Source: Azolla caroliniana
Lineage: Eukaryota > Plantae > Polypodiophyta
Reading direction: 5' to 3'
NCBI GenBank assembly: GCA_043228905.1
Contig: JBHGNT010000011.1
Span: forward strand, 3,100,001 to 3,164,000
DNA: 64,000 bases
Below are positions 25,213 to 38,551 of this stretch, in pieces (position 1 is the first letter of the stretch; every line of letters starts with the position of its first letter). Both the position numbers and the translations under genes were made by a program. The notes below the pieces were generated by a model. That model had not been told where the DNA came from, did no database searches, and saw only the letters and a list, made by a program, of their open reading frames with translations.

Positions 25213-28200
25213 TGTCGTGAAGAAAACCGTCCACAAGCGGAATCGGTGCACTGGAGCATAGGAACCGGCTCTTCATGCACGTGTACCTTGTGTTGTACAT
25301 AGGAGAGAATTAGGGACATTGGAGATCCTAGGTAGGTAGATTCGGTAGGTAGGAATTTAATAGGAAACGGCTCCCTTCTTGCCTATAAGAGGAGGGAGAC
25401 GAGGAGGAGGAAGGGATTGCGGAGAGTCGAGGACGAAGTGTTGTCGGTTTGTGGGCGAAGGCTTCTCTCTCTCTTTCAAACTCCATAGCTTCTTTCTGCG
25501 CAGGTTTCGGGAGGCTCGCGCTGCTCTGAGGAATGCCCGAGTGCTTCTGGCAGCACCTCCAACCTACTCTTTCCTTTCTGTGCGTTTACGAACAGGCATC
25601 GGCATCTGTTCGCCGGCCTATTCGGTTGTAACCAACTTCGTGTTCTTGTTGTCTGTCTTTGTTAATACATACATACATTCGTGTCTCTTTGTGTCGTTGT
25701 CCCACTCGCGTCTTTGTGTCGAAGGGCCGTGTCCCTGTGAATCTACGCTCGCACGTAGTGGGTTCCCTTCTCCTTTCTCTCTTGCTCTTCGGTACAAGAC
25801 CCCCGAGGTCCCGCCTCATTCCACGCATCCGCGAGGAATACCTCGACATCTTGGTGAACCCGACGTGAAGGAGGTGGCAGAAGAGCAGAAGATGAAAGGA
25901 TCGGATCTTGCGGAGGCCATGGCTTCGGCCGTGGATCAGATATTGAGCGCACGCGAGGGCTCCGATGCCCTCGACAGAGCCATTGAGGCGGTCGTCGGTA
26001 CGATCGGCCGGTTCAGCGGAAAGGATGCCACGAAGTATTTGGCGTCCTACGGGGCAGAAATGCTGATGCGGGACATTCCGGAAGAGAGGCGTCTTGCCGG
26101 GTTTCCTCGAGTGGCGATGCCGAGCATCCATGTGGAGGTGCTCGAGGTGCAGGTGGAGAGCCGTACTTGGGAGGAGTTCGAAGGCCGACTCCTGGAAAAA
26201 TACGGGCTGGACGCATGCTCCGGCTTTCGAAACGAGACTTCATGGAATGGGTGGAGTCCCCCGGCAAGGGAAGAAACGCGTCGGCACTCCTCCGGGAATT
26301 CGAAGAACGCATTGCGCGCCATTTGGCGCTTGACCGAACCGTTCTGGATACGAGCCGGGTCCTACTGTTCGTCAAGTCGGTGGACGAGCGGGACCGGGAT
26401 CAAGTCGGCTCCTTGCTGGAAACCGAAGACGGGCTGACGACTGCGGTTAAGAGAGTCTGTGGCCATTTCGACAAACGACGAGAATGGGCTGACAACGGGG
26501 CGGCTGGAGTGGGCTCTGTCACAGCAAGGAGGGTTGAATCGGCACCACAAGGTCGAAGGGAAGAAACCCGGGAATGGCTCGAAACCGGTCCGGCTTTGAC
26601 TGGCATGGTCAGTGGCTCGTTCGGAGGAGCAACGCTGGAGGAGTTGACGCGGGCGATAAAGGATCTCCAGATCGCCTAGACTCGAAGGGAAGGCGGCGAA
26701 CCGGCTCGTGACCGATGGCCGGTAGCAGGGAACAGGTGCATGTGGTGCGACGAGGTCGGCCACATCCGAAAGGACTGCGGCGATTTCGCAGAAGCGTTGA
26801 GGAATCGCATGGTATACCTGTGGGAAGGCCGGGTGCACGCCGGCGACACCAGAAGGGCCCTGAACCGAAACGACGGGCGAGGAGGAATGAAGAGACTGAT
26901 GGAAGAGGCAGCGGCCCGACACGTGGAGGCCATCCACTACTCGGCGTTGGCCGGCATTCGGGTCGGGGGCAGCGAGGCCCGAAAGGAGGGCAAAGACGGA
27001 TTCTGGTCAGCAATGCTGGAAGGTCTTGCTGGCGCACGGCTAAAGAAAGATGAAACGGACCGCGCCGTGAGACGGGTCCGGGAAATAACCGGGTGGAGCG
27101 ACCCGGTCGAGGAGAAGACGGGCTTCGTAGAAGCCGCCTGCCGGAACTACGAGGCTCTGGTAGAGGACAAACGAGTGGGGAAAGCCGGAGCAGCCGGGCC
27201 CTCACAACAGTACTAGACCCGATTCGGGCAACCACGGAACGATGCCGGTGGGTCCAGCTCGCAAGATAACCCCAGGAAGGGCGGATACCGACTGGGGACG
27301 GAAATAGAAAGGACTACGGACCTACGAAAGGTCCTAGAAGAATGGATCCTCGACAGCAAAGTGAAGCTGTCATTGCGAGAGGTGCTAGGGATCGCCAAGA
27401 AGGAGTTCCACGACTCCATTGTGAACCTGGTGAAACGGAAGAGGCTGTCGACGAAGACGGAACCGGAAAGACCGGTGGAGGTGCGGACGACGCACATCGA
27501 CGACATGGCGCTGGAAGATGAGTTGGCGGAGAGCCACTATTCAAGGCCGCACTGGGCCCGAGCGACCACGGAGACCCCGGTAAAGATCGGAGATGTTCAG
27601 GAACCAGTGGTGGCATTGGTGGACCACGGTTCGGAAATAAACCTGATGTCCATGGACTTCTATAAGAAGGGAAAGTGGCCGATCAACACCAAGCACGGGT
27701 GGAAGATACGAGCGGCGACGCGCGCCACCGAGGAACTGCACGGGGCCTGCCCGAACGTGCGAGTCGAGATTGGCGACGTCGAGATTGACCAGCATTTCTT
27801 CGTACAGGAGACGTCCTCGCACCCGGTCATATTAGGGGAACCATACATCACGGCGGCGCGGATGGAGACCAAGGTGCTAGACAATGGTTCGGCCTACGCG
27901 AGGGTCAAAAGCCAGGACGGGCGCCATTCGGTCCAATTTCTGACGGTGCGACCGAACCACGAGCGTAACCGCGAATCCCTCGGTGGCGAAAACCGGGAGG
28001 ATTTTTAGAGAGGGCTGCCAAGGCGTGGGGCCGAGACAGCCCGGACACTCGGGAAAGACCCCACGACTGTACGATAGAACCGAAACCGAAGGAACCCTAT
28101 ACGATAGGTAGGAAGTTTTGCTTCTCCAACAACGGAGGGTGTATGATAGTCGGCATCGTTAGCCGAGAAAAGACAGGGGCGGAAGTGCGACTTCGAGCGT

Positions 28201-28960
28201 GCGGAGTTCTCGGCCCAGACGAGGAAATCAGCGGGGCCGTGGAGGCGGTCTCCTTCGACGACACCTTGGGGATGCTGAGGAAGGTAGCCGGAGAAGACCT
28301 TAACGAAGACCGAACGATACCGGTATGTTCCGAAGAGATGTACGAAGTCATCGCGAACTTCAGTCGGGGGCTCGGGTCGGATCGGACGGCCCGAGTTAGC
28401 ACGAAGTACAAGACTCTGGAGCGGAAGGTAAGGCCAGTCGCGGCACCCTTACCGGAGGGCAGCGAGTCCCGAATCAGAGGGGTTGCGTCGGACCCCAGTT
28501 TACGAGATCCAACCTGCATAGGACACACCTTCACCGACGGGACGCTCCGGGAGCTCAAGATCGGTGGGGGCGGGTTCCTACTGCCGGCGGAGGAAGACTG
28601 GTTTCGGAGAATGCTCGGAAGGCACGGAAAGGCCTTCGCATTCTCACCGGAAGAGATCGGGTGCGTAGACCCGACGATCGTGGAGCCGATGGTGATATTC
28701 ACGGTACCGCATGTGCCGTGGAATCTCAAGCCGATTCCAGTAACGAGAGCTCACATCCCGGAGTTGATGGAGCTGCTGAGGCAGAAAGTCGATATGGGTA
28801 TTCTCGAACCGTCGAGCGCGCCATACTCGAACCGATGGTTTACCATACCAAAGAAGAACGGAACATTGCGCTTCATTCAGGACCTGCAGCCGGTCAACAG
28901 AGTGACCATTCGGAACGCAGGAATCGGACCGACCATAGACGAGTTCGCGGAGGCCTTCAC
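25213..28960 (+). mobile_element. Gypsy G1-family copy G1b (5' LTR, gag-PR, start of pol) inserted in G2
   Basis: LTR 25213-25848 is the G1 type. PBS 25852-25869, left TSD acgg 25209-25212. No second LTR of this type follows. Confidence 0.9.
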
Positions 28961-31508
28961 TGGAAGGTCGATCTATTCTGTCGGTGATCTATACTCCGGG
29001 TACGATCAGTTCCAACTAGCTGTGGAGAGCAGAGACATTACGACGATGCGGACTCCTCTCGGCCTAGTGCGGATGTGTACCCTACCACAAGGAGGGATGA
29101 ACTCAGTGGCTCACATGGTGAACGCGATGAACAAAGTGCTCAGGGACTGCATCCCGGACATCACCATGCCGTTCTTGGACGACATCCCGATCAAGGGATG
29201 CCCGGTGGAGGAAAAGGACGAGACGATCGGAGCGGACGAGTGTTGGAAATTCGTGGCGACGCACATCGATGACTGCGAGAAGGTGCTGGAGAGGTTAGAG
29301 GGCGCAAGGTTCACCTTGTCCGGGGGAAAATCAGCCTTCGGGCAATCAGAGATCATGGTCGTCGGACACCTATGCGGCTCGTACGGCCGGAAACCATCTC
29401 CGGCTAAGGTAGAAGCCATCTCCGCGATGAAGCACGACTGTAGCTCGGTCACGGAGGTTCGGAGGTTCTTGGGAGCATGCGCGTTCTACCACATATGGAT
29501 CCCACATTACGCCCACGTCGCGGAGCCGTTATACGGGTTGCTGAAAAAGGGGCGAAAATTCGAGTGGAGAAACGAGCATACGGAGTCTGTCCGAAAGATG
29601 AAGGAAGCACTTGCCGCAGCTCCGGCGCTCCGAAAGGCTGTCTACGGAGAGGACACTCCAATTTACGTAACGGTAGATACGAGTCCGACCGGGATCGGAT
29701 GGGTCGTCAACCAAGAGGACGAGGACGACATGCGTTTCCCGATCCGGTTCGGCGCGAAGGTCCTCAACAAGCGACAGGTAGGATACGCCCAGGTTAAACG
29801 CGAGCTCTGGGGTATCGTTTCGGCGGTAAAGGCCGATAAAGACTACCTGATCGGGACAGAGGTAATTATTGAGATGGACTGCTTGCCAATTCTTGGCATG
29901 GTTTCCGGATGCGCGACGCCGGACCTGTGAATGCTGAGGTGGATAGCGTACATCAAGTCCCTGAATCCGGAAGTTCGATGCCGGACACATTTCTGGGAAA
30001 GACAATGCAATGGGCGACATGCTTTCAAGGGTGAGGTTCGAAAACGAGGGCGGCATGGTTTCGGAGGACGAGGAAGTCGGTGTGGACTTCTTCCAGGCAG
30101 CTTACGTAACAACCGGTAGGGAATGCACTCCAACGCTTAACGATTTCGACGAGACAAGTACAACGGGGAGTGGCTGCAGATCAGCGGGTTCCTGAAAACA
30201 ATGACACCGGACGCGGCATGGACAAAGGATGAGGCCAACCGGATTTGGAAGCAAGCGTACCGATTCTTTCTCGGGGACGGGTACATATGAAAGCACCCGA
30301 AGAAGAGAAACGGCATCCCGCTCCGAGTGGTGGCGAAGAAGGACGAACAGGAGGATTTGCTGGCGGCGTACCACGATAGTCCTTGGGCTGGACACCGTGG
30401 AACGTGGCCCACGTTCGAAAAGCTAAAGGGAATGTACAGGTGGCCGGAAGTATACCAAGACGTGCATCGGTTCGTGACGACTTGCGAAAGCTGTCAGGTG
30501 CAATCCATGATTCGACACTGTGACAAGCTTCACCTAACCTACCCTCCGACTGTCCACTTCAAATGGATGGTGGATTTGGTGATGATGCCAATGGGGGAAG
30601 GACAGATGCGGTATTTGGTGTTGGCTCGGGAGGATCTAGCGAACCAGGTTGAAGGCCGAGCCCTGTAGAACAAGGCGACTGCAGCCGTGTGCCGGTTTTT
30701 GATTGAGGACGTGGTATGTCGATACGGGTGCGTAGGGAAGATCGTGGCTAACCGTGGTGAGTTAAACGCAGAAGAGGCCGAAGAGTTGGTCGACCGGCTA
30801 GGACTCAAACTTTCGCTCACCACAGCGTACAATCTGGAGGCGAACGGGAAGGTAGAGCGCGGACACGGGCCGATTGTCAAAGCACTAGTAAGGGCGTGCG
30901 GAGGCCAAGTCGGGAACTGGCCACGGCTGCTACCCTATGCCTTGTGGGCGGACCGAACTACGCACAGTTCGGTGACCGGGTTCATGCCGGCAGAGCTTAT
31001 GCTCGGACAGAAGCCGATCATGCCAACAGAGCGAACGATCTCCTTGTGGGCCACGATGGACTGGAGGGATGAGATGAGCCGGGAGGAATTGTTGGCGGCG
31101 CAGATTGGACAGCTCGAGCGGAGGCCGGAGGACGTAGAGCGGGCCACGGAGAAACTTCGGCTAGCGAGGATAAGGAACAAACCCCGGTTCGACCGAACGC
31201 ACCGGCTCCGACCAAGGAAAATCGAGGAAGGCGACTGCGTCCTAGTCTACGACAACAGCCTCGACAATCTGCACAGGGCCACGCGGAAGTTTGCGAGGAG
31301 GTGGTTCGGGCCTTACGTAGTAGCAAGCGCCAACGACAATGGAACGTACCATCTCGCGGAGTTCGACGGTACGAGAATGGCGATACCGGTAGCGGGGAAG
31401 AGGATCAAAGCGTTCAAGAAAGGACACGATGGTGAGCCAGAGCTAGGGGGCATGGACAGCATCGACGAGCAGCCCGAGGTGGAGGATGAACCGGTAAACG
31501 AGGAATAA
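28005..31508 (+). pseudogene. Hybrid G1b/G2 Pol (RT-RH-INT)
   Basis: ORFs 28143-29930, 30327-30668 and 30687-31508, with stops and frameshifts. Confidence 0.9.
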
Positions 31509-32466
31509 AAGCAAGGACCGGTTTTCTCCAATAGGAACCCAATTTTTGGCGCATACCGGTGGATGCGCGGTTAGGTGGGGGCGGATGTTGTGAAGAAAAC
31601 CGTCCCCAGGCGCAAACCGTGTATAGCGTGTGTGAACCGGCCCTTACACGTGGGCACGCCCCTTGTATAGTAGATAGGTAGGCACAAAAGTCAAATCCTA
31701 GGTAGCAATATTCTATAGGGAGAATCGAGGAGTATCTCTGTCCGAAAGGACAAAGAATTAATGTGATGTAAACAGGTGAAACGGCCTCCCTCCTTGAGCT
31801 ATAAAAGAGAGGGAGACGGAGAGAGAAGGGATCGGGCGCTAGAGGGGAGGAAGTGCTGTCGGACTGGGACCGAGCTCTTCTTCTCTGTCGTTCTTCATAG
31901 CTTTCTTTTGCGCAGGTTCTCGAGAGGCTGATTCTACTCCGTGGAACGCTTCTGTGCTTCCGACAGAATCTCCATCTTGCTCCCCTGTGTGCGTGGGTGA
32001 TCAGGCGTCGGCATCCATCTCGCCAACCTGATCGGTTGTAACCGTTCGAGTTGTCTGCATACATACAAATACATACACTAGTGTTCTTTTACTCTATCTC
32101 CTGCTCAACTCGTGTCTCCTGTGTTGTTAGGCCGCATTCTCGTGCGCTTCTTTGTCTATACGCGTGTGAGTGTCTCTCTCTCTCTCTCTCCGTTTTCTCA
32201 CCTATTCCTCGGTCCAAGACCCAGTGGTCCCGCCTTGTTCTCCACGCACGCGCGTAACAACACGACAACGTGCATCTCATGCATTTCATGGATTATGTGC
32301 ATGTCTTACACCCTCACATGCATCATATGCATGGGGAAGAGATTAATAATAATAATAATAATAAATCAAGTTATCCTAATGGTGATGTATCTTGTCTCTC
32401 AAATCTAAAGTCAAGCGTTCAATCTTTATCTCAATCTCTCCATATCAATCTCTCTCAATCTCTCTT

Positions 32467-32542
32467 TGTAAAGAATCGGTGGTGATTCTTGTGCAGCGGA
32501 ATAAACTAGAGATATGTGTTGTGAATGTGTGTGTATGAGAGA

Positions 32543-32606
<64 letters not shown>

Positions 32607-32904
32607 CAACATAGATAGATTTGAACAAGAATAGAATACTCAAGACAATGTATATTACAAAGGAGATTAACCGAACTTATTACAAAGTAGGAGTAGAGTG
32701 CTTTATATAGTCACTCTCTCTCTTCATTAACTACCGAAGCTCATGGGTTATGGGGAATGTGAAAGCTCATTAGTTATGTGTCATAGAATATGATTCTATG
32801 AGACCTAGTTAATGTGTGGATAAGAGTGGCGACTTTTGACCTGTGAGTGCAAACTCTCAAGGGTGTGTTCACACACTAGACTAGGTTGAGCTTGATTCTC
32901 AACA
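32467..32904 (-). repeat. Copia solo LTR containing a long (GA)n microsatellite
   Basis: Reverse complement of tgttgagaatcaagctcaac...tttaca, related to 53968-54418. Imperfect TSD ctctt/atctt. (GA)n at ~32537-32602. Confidence 0.85.
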
Positions 32905-33252
32905 ATCTTAAATACTTTCTTGCTAAAGCTAGTACAAACTTCGAATCCTTCTGGTCCAGGACCCCAGTGGTTCCGCCTCATGATCCGCACATAGTGATGG
33001 ATTTTCACAATAACGGCACATCGGGAACGTCCCATTCGGGAACGACGACAAATAAACCTACCTCAAAAATGTCTTGCATGTCCCAACCATCACTAAAAAC
33101 TTGGTCTCGGCAAGCTAGATTGTCGAACAAGGGATGCAAGTGCGGTTCAATGATGAAGAGTGCTTCATCGAAAAAGAAGGCTACCTCATCACTCACGATC
33201 ACCAAGAAGGTAGGATGTTTATCCTTGAATCGAAAGAGGTGAAATCGGCTAT

Positions 33253-34674
33253 ATCGGTATGTCCGGAGCCGTTTCTGGAATCGGTTCTCTCCGAATCGGC
33301 GCGCTTCTTCCAGCACTCACTTTCCCTATGGCCTTTCTTGCCACAGTACCAGCACTCTGCGATGGCCTTCCCTTGCCGGTTCTCATCGCTTCGACTCCCC
33401 CTGTTTCCGGAGGGTCCAGAGTTGCTGTCGGCATCACTTCGGTGCCTTCTTCCTTGATCTTGTCGGCCGCCTCCATTGCTCGCCGACTCGACTCGTCCTC
33501 CACGTCCACGGGGCCTATCTTCCTCCGTGTACAACATTCTATTGTCGGTGTGCGTGCTTGTAGACGCACCCGCGTGGTTCTCCTCTACCAGGAGCATTGA
33601 CTGTAAGTCAAAAAAGGACGGCGTATTCTCCCGGGTACACACAACCATTCGGAACGCTCCGAACTTCGATGCCAAGCCTCCGAGACAGATCTGGACCATC
33701 TCGCTCTCCTCAATGTTCACCTCTATGGAGGCGAGGGAGTCGCAGATATCCTTGATCTTCGAGGTATAGTCCGCCACCGACAAGTCGTGTTGTCGTAGGT
33801 TGCTCAACTCCTGTCGGAGCTGAAGCTTCCTGGTTGTGGTGCTCGCGGCGAAAATCTTCTTCAGATTTTCCCACGCACCCTTCAGCGTCTTTGCATCCCG
33901 AACATAGCTCAATAGTTGTTCGCCCACACAGGACGCGAAGCAGTATAATACCCTGCTCGCCGATTGCTCCCACGATGGGAAGTCTCTGTGTGTCGATTCG
34001 GGTGCCCCGTCATTAGCTCCTTCAACATAACTCCAGTAGCCATGCCCGAGTAGGTACTGGTGCATCTTGTAGGACCAAGACACGTAGTTAGTTCTGTCGA
34101 GCTTCTCTGTTGGAAGCGAGCTCGCCATTCCTCTATACATCGTTCTTCTTGTTCTTCTTCGTCAAGCTGTGTCGGCTACAGAGAGGTTCTCAACCCTCGC
34201 GCTCTGATACCATGTAAAAAGTAGCGTGCGGAAGCAAGTATTAAGACCGAATAGAAGGAAGAAAACTCAGGTTTAATGGAGAGCTTGAGCTTACACAGTA
34301 TACGCGGGACAGACAGAGAGAGTGAGAGCGAGAGAGAAAACACAAGAACTATATTCAACAAAAAATATACTCAATCTCTATTCATCACTATATACATATG
34401 TGTGTTCAATGAACACTTTTATACAAGTCCTAGAAGGACTGACAGAAGTACTGACAGTACTTCAATGCTCATTCAGAGCTCCTACACTAACTCCCAAATA
34501 TATTCCTCACGAAATATCTTCCCTAACGGCCTCCCGGTTTACGCACCGATCCGGCCCTACCTACGCACCGATCTGCATACCGGTTTACGCATTCGGCCTA
34601 ACCGATCAGTCCCAACCGATCTGGTCCTCGGCTTATTCAGCCGATCCGCCCGATGTTGAGCTTGTCTCTCAACA
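33253..34674 (-). mobile_element. Copia family A copy A3 (5' LTR, PBS, gag), 3'-truncated
   Basis: LTR 34213-34674, PBS tggtatcagagc (34201-34212), gag ORF 33199-34140 with TEKLDRTNY and CWYCGKKGH. Confidence 0.92.
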
Positions 34675-37600
34675 TGATCAATGAAGACCTTAGAGAAGAC
34701 CGGACCGTTCCGATAGGATTGATGCGAATGTACGAAGTCATCGCGGACTTCGGGGAATGGATCGGGTCGGATCGGATGGCCTGCGTGGATACAAAATACA
34801 AGAATGTGGACCAGAAGGTGAGGCCAGTCGCGACACCCTTGCCGGAGGGCAGCGAGGAGCGGATAAAAGGGGTCGCGTCGGACCCAAGTTTACGGAATCC
34901 GGCTGGCATAGGGCACCGGTTCACCGACATAACGCTACGGGAGCTCAAGGTTGGTGGGGGCGGCTTCCTACTGCCGGCGGAGGAGGACCAGTTTCGGAGA
35001 ATGCTCGGAAGGCACAGGAGGGCTTTCGCATTCTCACCGGAGGAGATCGGGTGCGTAGACCCAACAGTTGTCGAACCGATGGTGCTCTTCATGGTATTGC
35101 ATGTACCGTGCAATCTCAAGCCGATTCCGGTGCCAAGAGCTCACATCCCAAAGTTGATGGAGCTCCTGAAGCAAAAGGTGGAGATGGGCATCCTCGAACC
35201 ATCGAGTGTCCCGTATTCGAATCGGTGGTTTACAGTGCCGAAGAAGAACAGCACGCTGCGCTTCATCCAAGACTCACAACCGGTCAATAAGGTGACCATC
35301 CGTAATGCGGGGATCGGACCGACCATAGACGAGTTCGCGGAGGCCTTCGCTGGAAGGCTGATCTATTCTGTCGGTGATCTATACTCCGGGTACGATCAGT
35401 TCCAACTAGCCGTGGAGAGCAGAGACATTACGACGATGCGGACTCCTCTCGGCCTAGTGCGGATGTGTACCCTACCACAAGGAGGGATGAACTCAGTGGC
35501 TCACATGGTGAACGCGATGAACAAAGTGCTCAGGGACTGCATCCCGGACATCACCATGCCGTTCTTGGACGACATCCCGATCAAGGGATGCCCGGTGGAG
35601 GAAAAGGACGAGACGATCGGAGCGGACGAGTGTTGGAAATTCGTGGCGACGCACATCGATGACTGCGAGAAGGTGCTGGAGAGGTTAGAGGGCGCAAGGT
35701 TCACCTTGTCCGGGGGAAAATCAGCCTTCGGGCAATCAGAGATCATGGTCGTCGGACACCTATGCGGCTCGTACGGCCGGAAACCATCTCCGGCTAAGGT
35801 AGAAGCCATCTCCGCGATGAAGCACGACTGTAGCTCGGTCACGGAGGTTCGGAGGTTCTTGGGAGCATGCGCGTTCTACCACATATGGATCCCACATTAC
35901 GCCCACGTCGCGGAGCCGTTATACGGGTTGCTGAAAAAGGGGCGAAAATTCGAGTGGAGAAACGAGCATACGGAGTCTGTCCGAAAGATGAAGGAAGCAC
36001 TTGCCACAGCTCCGGCGCTCCGAAAGGTTGTCTACGGAAAGGACACTCCACTTTACGTAACGGTAGACACGAGTCCGACTGGGATCGGATGGGTCGTCAA
36101 CCAAGAGGAGTAGGACGACATGCGTTCCCAATCCGGTTCGGCGTGAAGGTCCTCAACGAGCGACAGCGAGGATACGCCCAGGTTAAACGCGAGCTCTGGG
36201 TATCGTTTCGGCGGTAAAGGCCCAGAAAGACTACCTGATCGGGACAGAGGTAATTATCGAGACGGACTGCCTGCCAATTCTTGGCATGGTTTCCGGATGC
36301 GCGACGCCGAACCGGGCAATGCTCAGGTGGATAACGTACATCAAGTCCCTGAATCCGGAAGTACGACACATTTCCGGGAAAAACAATGCCATGGCCGACA
36401 TGCTTTCAAGGGCGAGGTTCGAAAACGAGGGTGGCATGGTTTCGGAGGACGAGGAAGTCGGCGTGCACTTCTTCGAGGCGGCTTACATAACAACCGGTAG
36501 GGAATGCACTCCAACGCTTAACGATTTCGACGAGAGCAAGTACAACGGGGAGTGGCTGCAGATCGGCGGGTTCCTGAAAACAATGACACCGGACGCGGCA
36601 TGGACAAAGGATGAGGCCAACCAGATTCAGAAGAAAGCGTACCGATTCTTTCTTCGGGACGGGTACATATGGAAGCACCCAAAGAAGAGGAACAACATCC
36701 CGCTCCGAGTGGTGGCGAAGAAGGAGGAACAGGAGGATTTGCTGGCGGCGTACCACAATAGTCCTTGGGCTGGACACCGTGGAACGTGGCCCAGGTTCGA
36801 AAAGCTAAAGGAGATGTACAGGTGGCCGGAAGTATACCGGGACGAGCTTCACCCGACCTACCCTCCGACCGTCCACTTCAAGTGGATGGTGGATTTGGTG
36901 ACGATGCCAATGGGGGTAGGACAGATGCGGTATTTGGTGCTGGCTCGGGAGGATCTAATGAACCAGGTTGAAGACCTAACCCTGGAGAACAAGATGACTA
37001 CAGCCGTGTGCCGGTTTTTGATTGAGGACGTGGTATGTCGATACGGGTGCGTAGGGAAGATCGTGGCTGACTATGGTGAGTTGGACGCAGAACAGGCCGA
37101 AGAGTTGGTCGACCGGCTAGGAGTCAAACTTTCGCTCACCACAGCGTACAATCTGGAGGCGAACGGGAAGGTAGAGCGCGGACACAGGCTGATTGTCAAA
37201 GCACTAGTACGGGCGTGCGGAGGCCAAGTCGGGAACTGGCCACGGCTGCTACCCTATGCCTTGTGGGCGGACCGGACTACGCACAGTTCGGTGACCGGGT
37301 TCATGTCGGCAGAGCTTATGTTCGGACAGAAGCCGATCATGCCAACAAAGCGAACCATCTCCTTGTGGGCCACAATGGACTGGAGGGATGAGATGAGCCG
37401 GGAGGAACTGTTGGCGGTGCGGATTCAACAGCTCGAGCGGAGGCCGGAGGACGTAGAGCGAGCCGCGGAGAAACTTCGGCTAGCGAGGATAAGGAACAAA
37501 CCCCGGTTCGACCGAACGCACCGGCTCCGACCAAGGAAAATCGAGGAAGGCGACTGCGTCCTAGTCTACGACAACAGCCTCGACAATCTGCACAGGGCCA

Positions 37601-38551
37601 CGCGGAAGTTTGCGAGGAGGTGGTTCGGGCCTTACGTAGTAGCAAGCGCCAACGACAATGGAACGTACCATCTCGCGGAGCTCGAAGGTACAAGAATGGC
37701 GATACCGGTAGCGGGGAAGAGGATCAAAGCGTTCAAGAAACGACACGACGGTGAGCCAGAGCTAGGGGGCATGGACAGCAACGATGAGCAGCCCGAGGTG
37801 GAGGATGAACCGGTAAACGAGGAATAAAAGCAAGGACCAGTTTTCTCCAGTTGGAACCCAATTTTTGGCGCATACCGGTGGATGCGCGGTTAGGTGGGGG
37901 CGGATGTCGTGAAGAAAACCATCCCCAGGCGCAAACCGTGTATAGCGTGTGTGAACCGGCCCTTACACGTGGGCACGCCCCAAAAGTCAAATCGTAGGTA
38001 GCAATATTCTATAGGGAGAATCGAGGAGTATCTCTGTCCGAAAGGACAAAGAATTAATGTGATGTAAACAGGTGAAACGGCCTCCCTCCTTGAGCTATAA
38101 AAGAGAGGGAGACGGAGTGAGAAGGGATCGGGCGCTAGAGGGGAGGAAGTGCTGTCGGACTGGGACCGAGCTCTTCTTCTCTGTCGTTCTTCATAGCTTT
38201 CTTTTGCGCAGGTTCTCAAGAGGATGATTCTGCTCCGTGGAACGCTTGTGTGCTTCCGACAGAATCTCCATCTTGCTCCCCTGTGTGCGTGGGTGATCCA
38301 TCTCGCCGACCTGATCGGCTGTAACCATTCGAGTCGTCTGTATACATACAAACACATACACTAGTTTTCTTATACTCTATCTCCTGCTCAACTCGTGTCT
38401 CCTGTGTTGTTAGGCTGCGTTCTTGTGCGCTTCTTTGTCTATATTCTTGTGAGCATCTCTCTCTCTCTCTCTCCCTTTTCTCACCTATTCCTTGGTCCAA
38501 GACCCCAGTGGTCCCGCCTTGTTCTCCACGCACGCGCGGAACAACGCGACA
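34675..38551 (+). mobile_element. Gypsy G2-family copy G2b (pol and 3' LTR)
   Basis: Pol ORFs 34653-36113 and 36286-37827, PPT, LTR 37905-38551, right target 4-mer ccgc. Confidence 0.92.

Larger units (their letters stand above)
22039..32267 (+). mobile_element. Gypsy element G2, chimeric with nested G1b
   Basis: LTRs 22039-22726 and 31586-32267, Trp PBS at 22731, PPT ggtgggggcgga before 31586, TSD atgt/acgt, gag-PR 22771-24901. Confidence 0.9.
21516..33012 (+). repeat. Gypsy solo LTR (family L3), split by G2 and a Copia solo LTR
   Basis: Segments 21516-22038 and 32268-33012. TSD acgg at 21512-21515 and 33013-33016. Termini are mutated (cgtcgtgaag / caata). Confidence 0.8.

Noticed and set aside
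23570-26679. TAG at the same mid-gag codon in G2 and G1b as programmed readthrough
   Set aside because: G1 has CAG at that codon and a different CGA-to-TGA stop nearby, which fits methylation-driven C-to-T decay.
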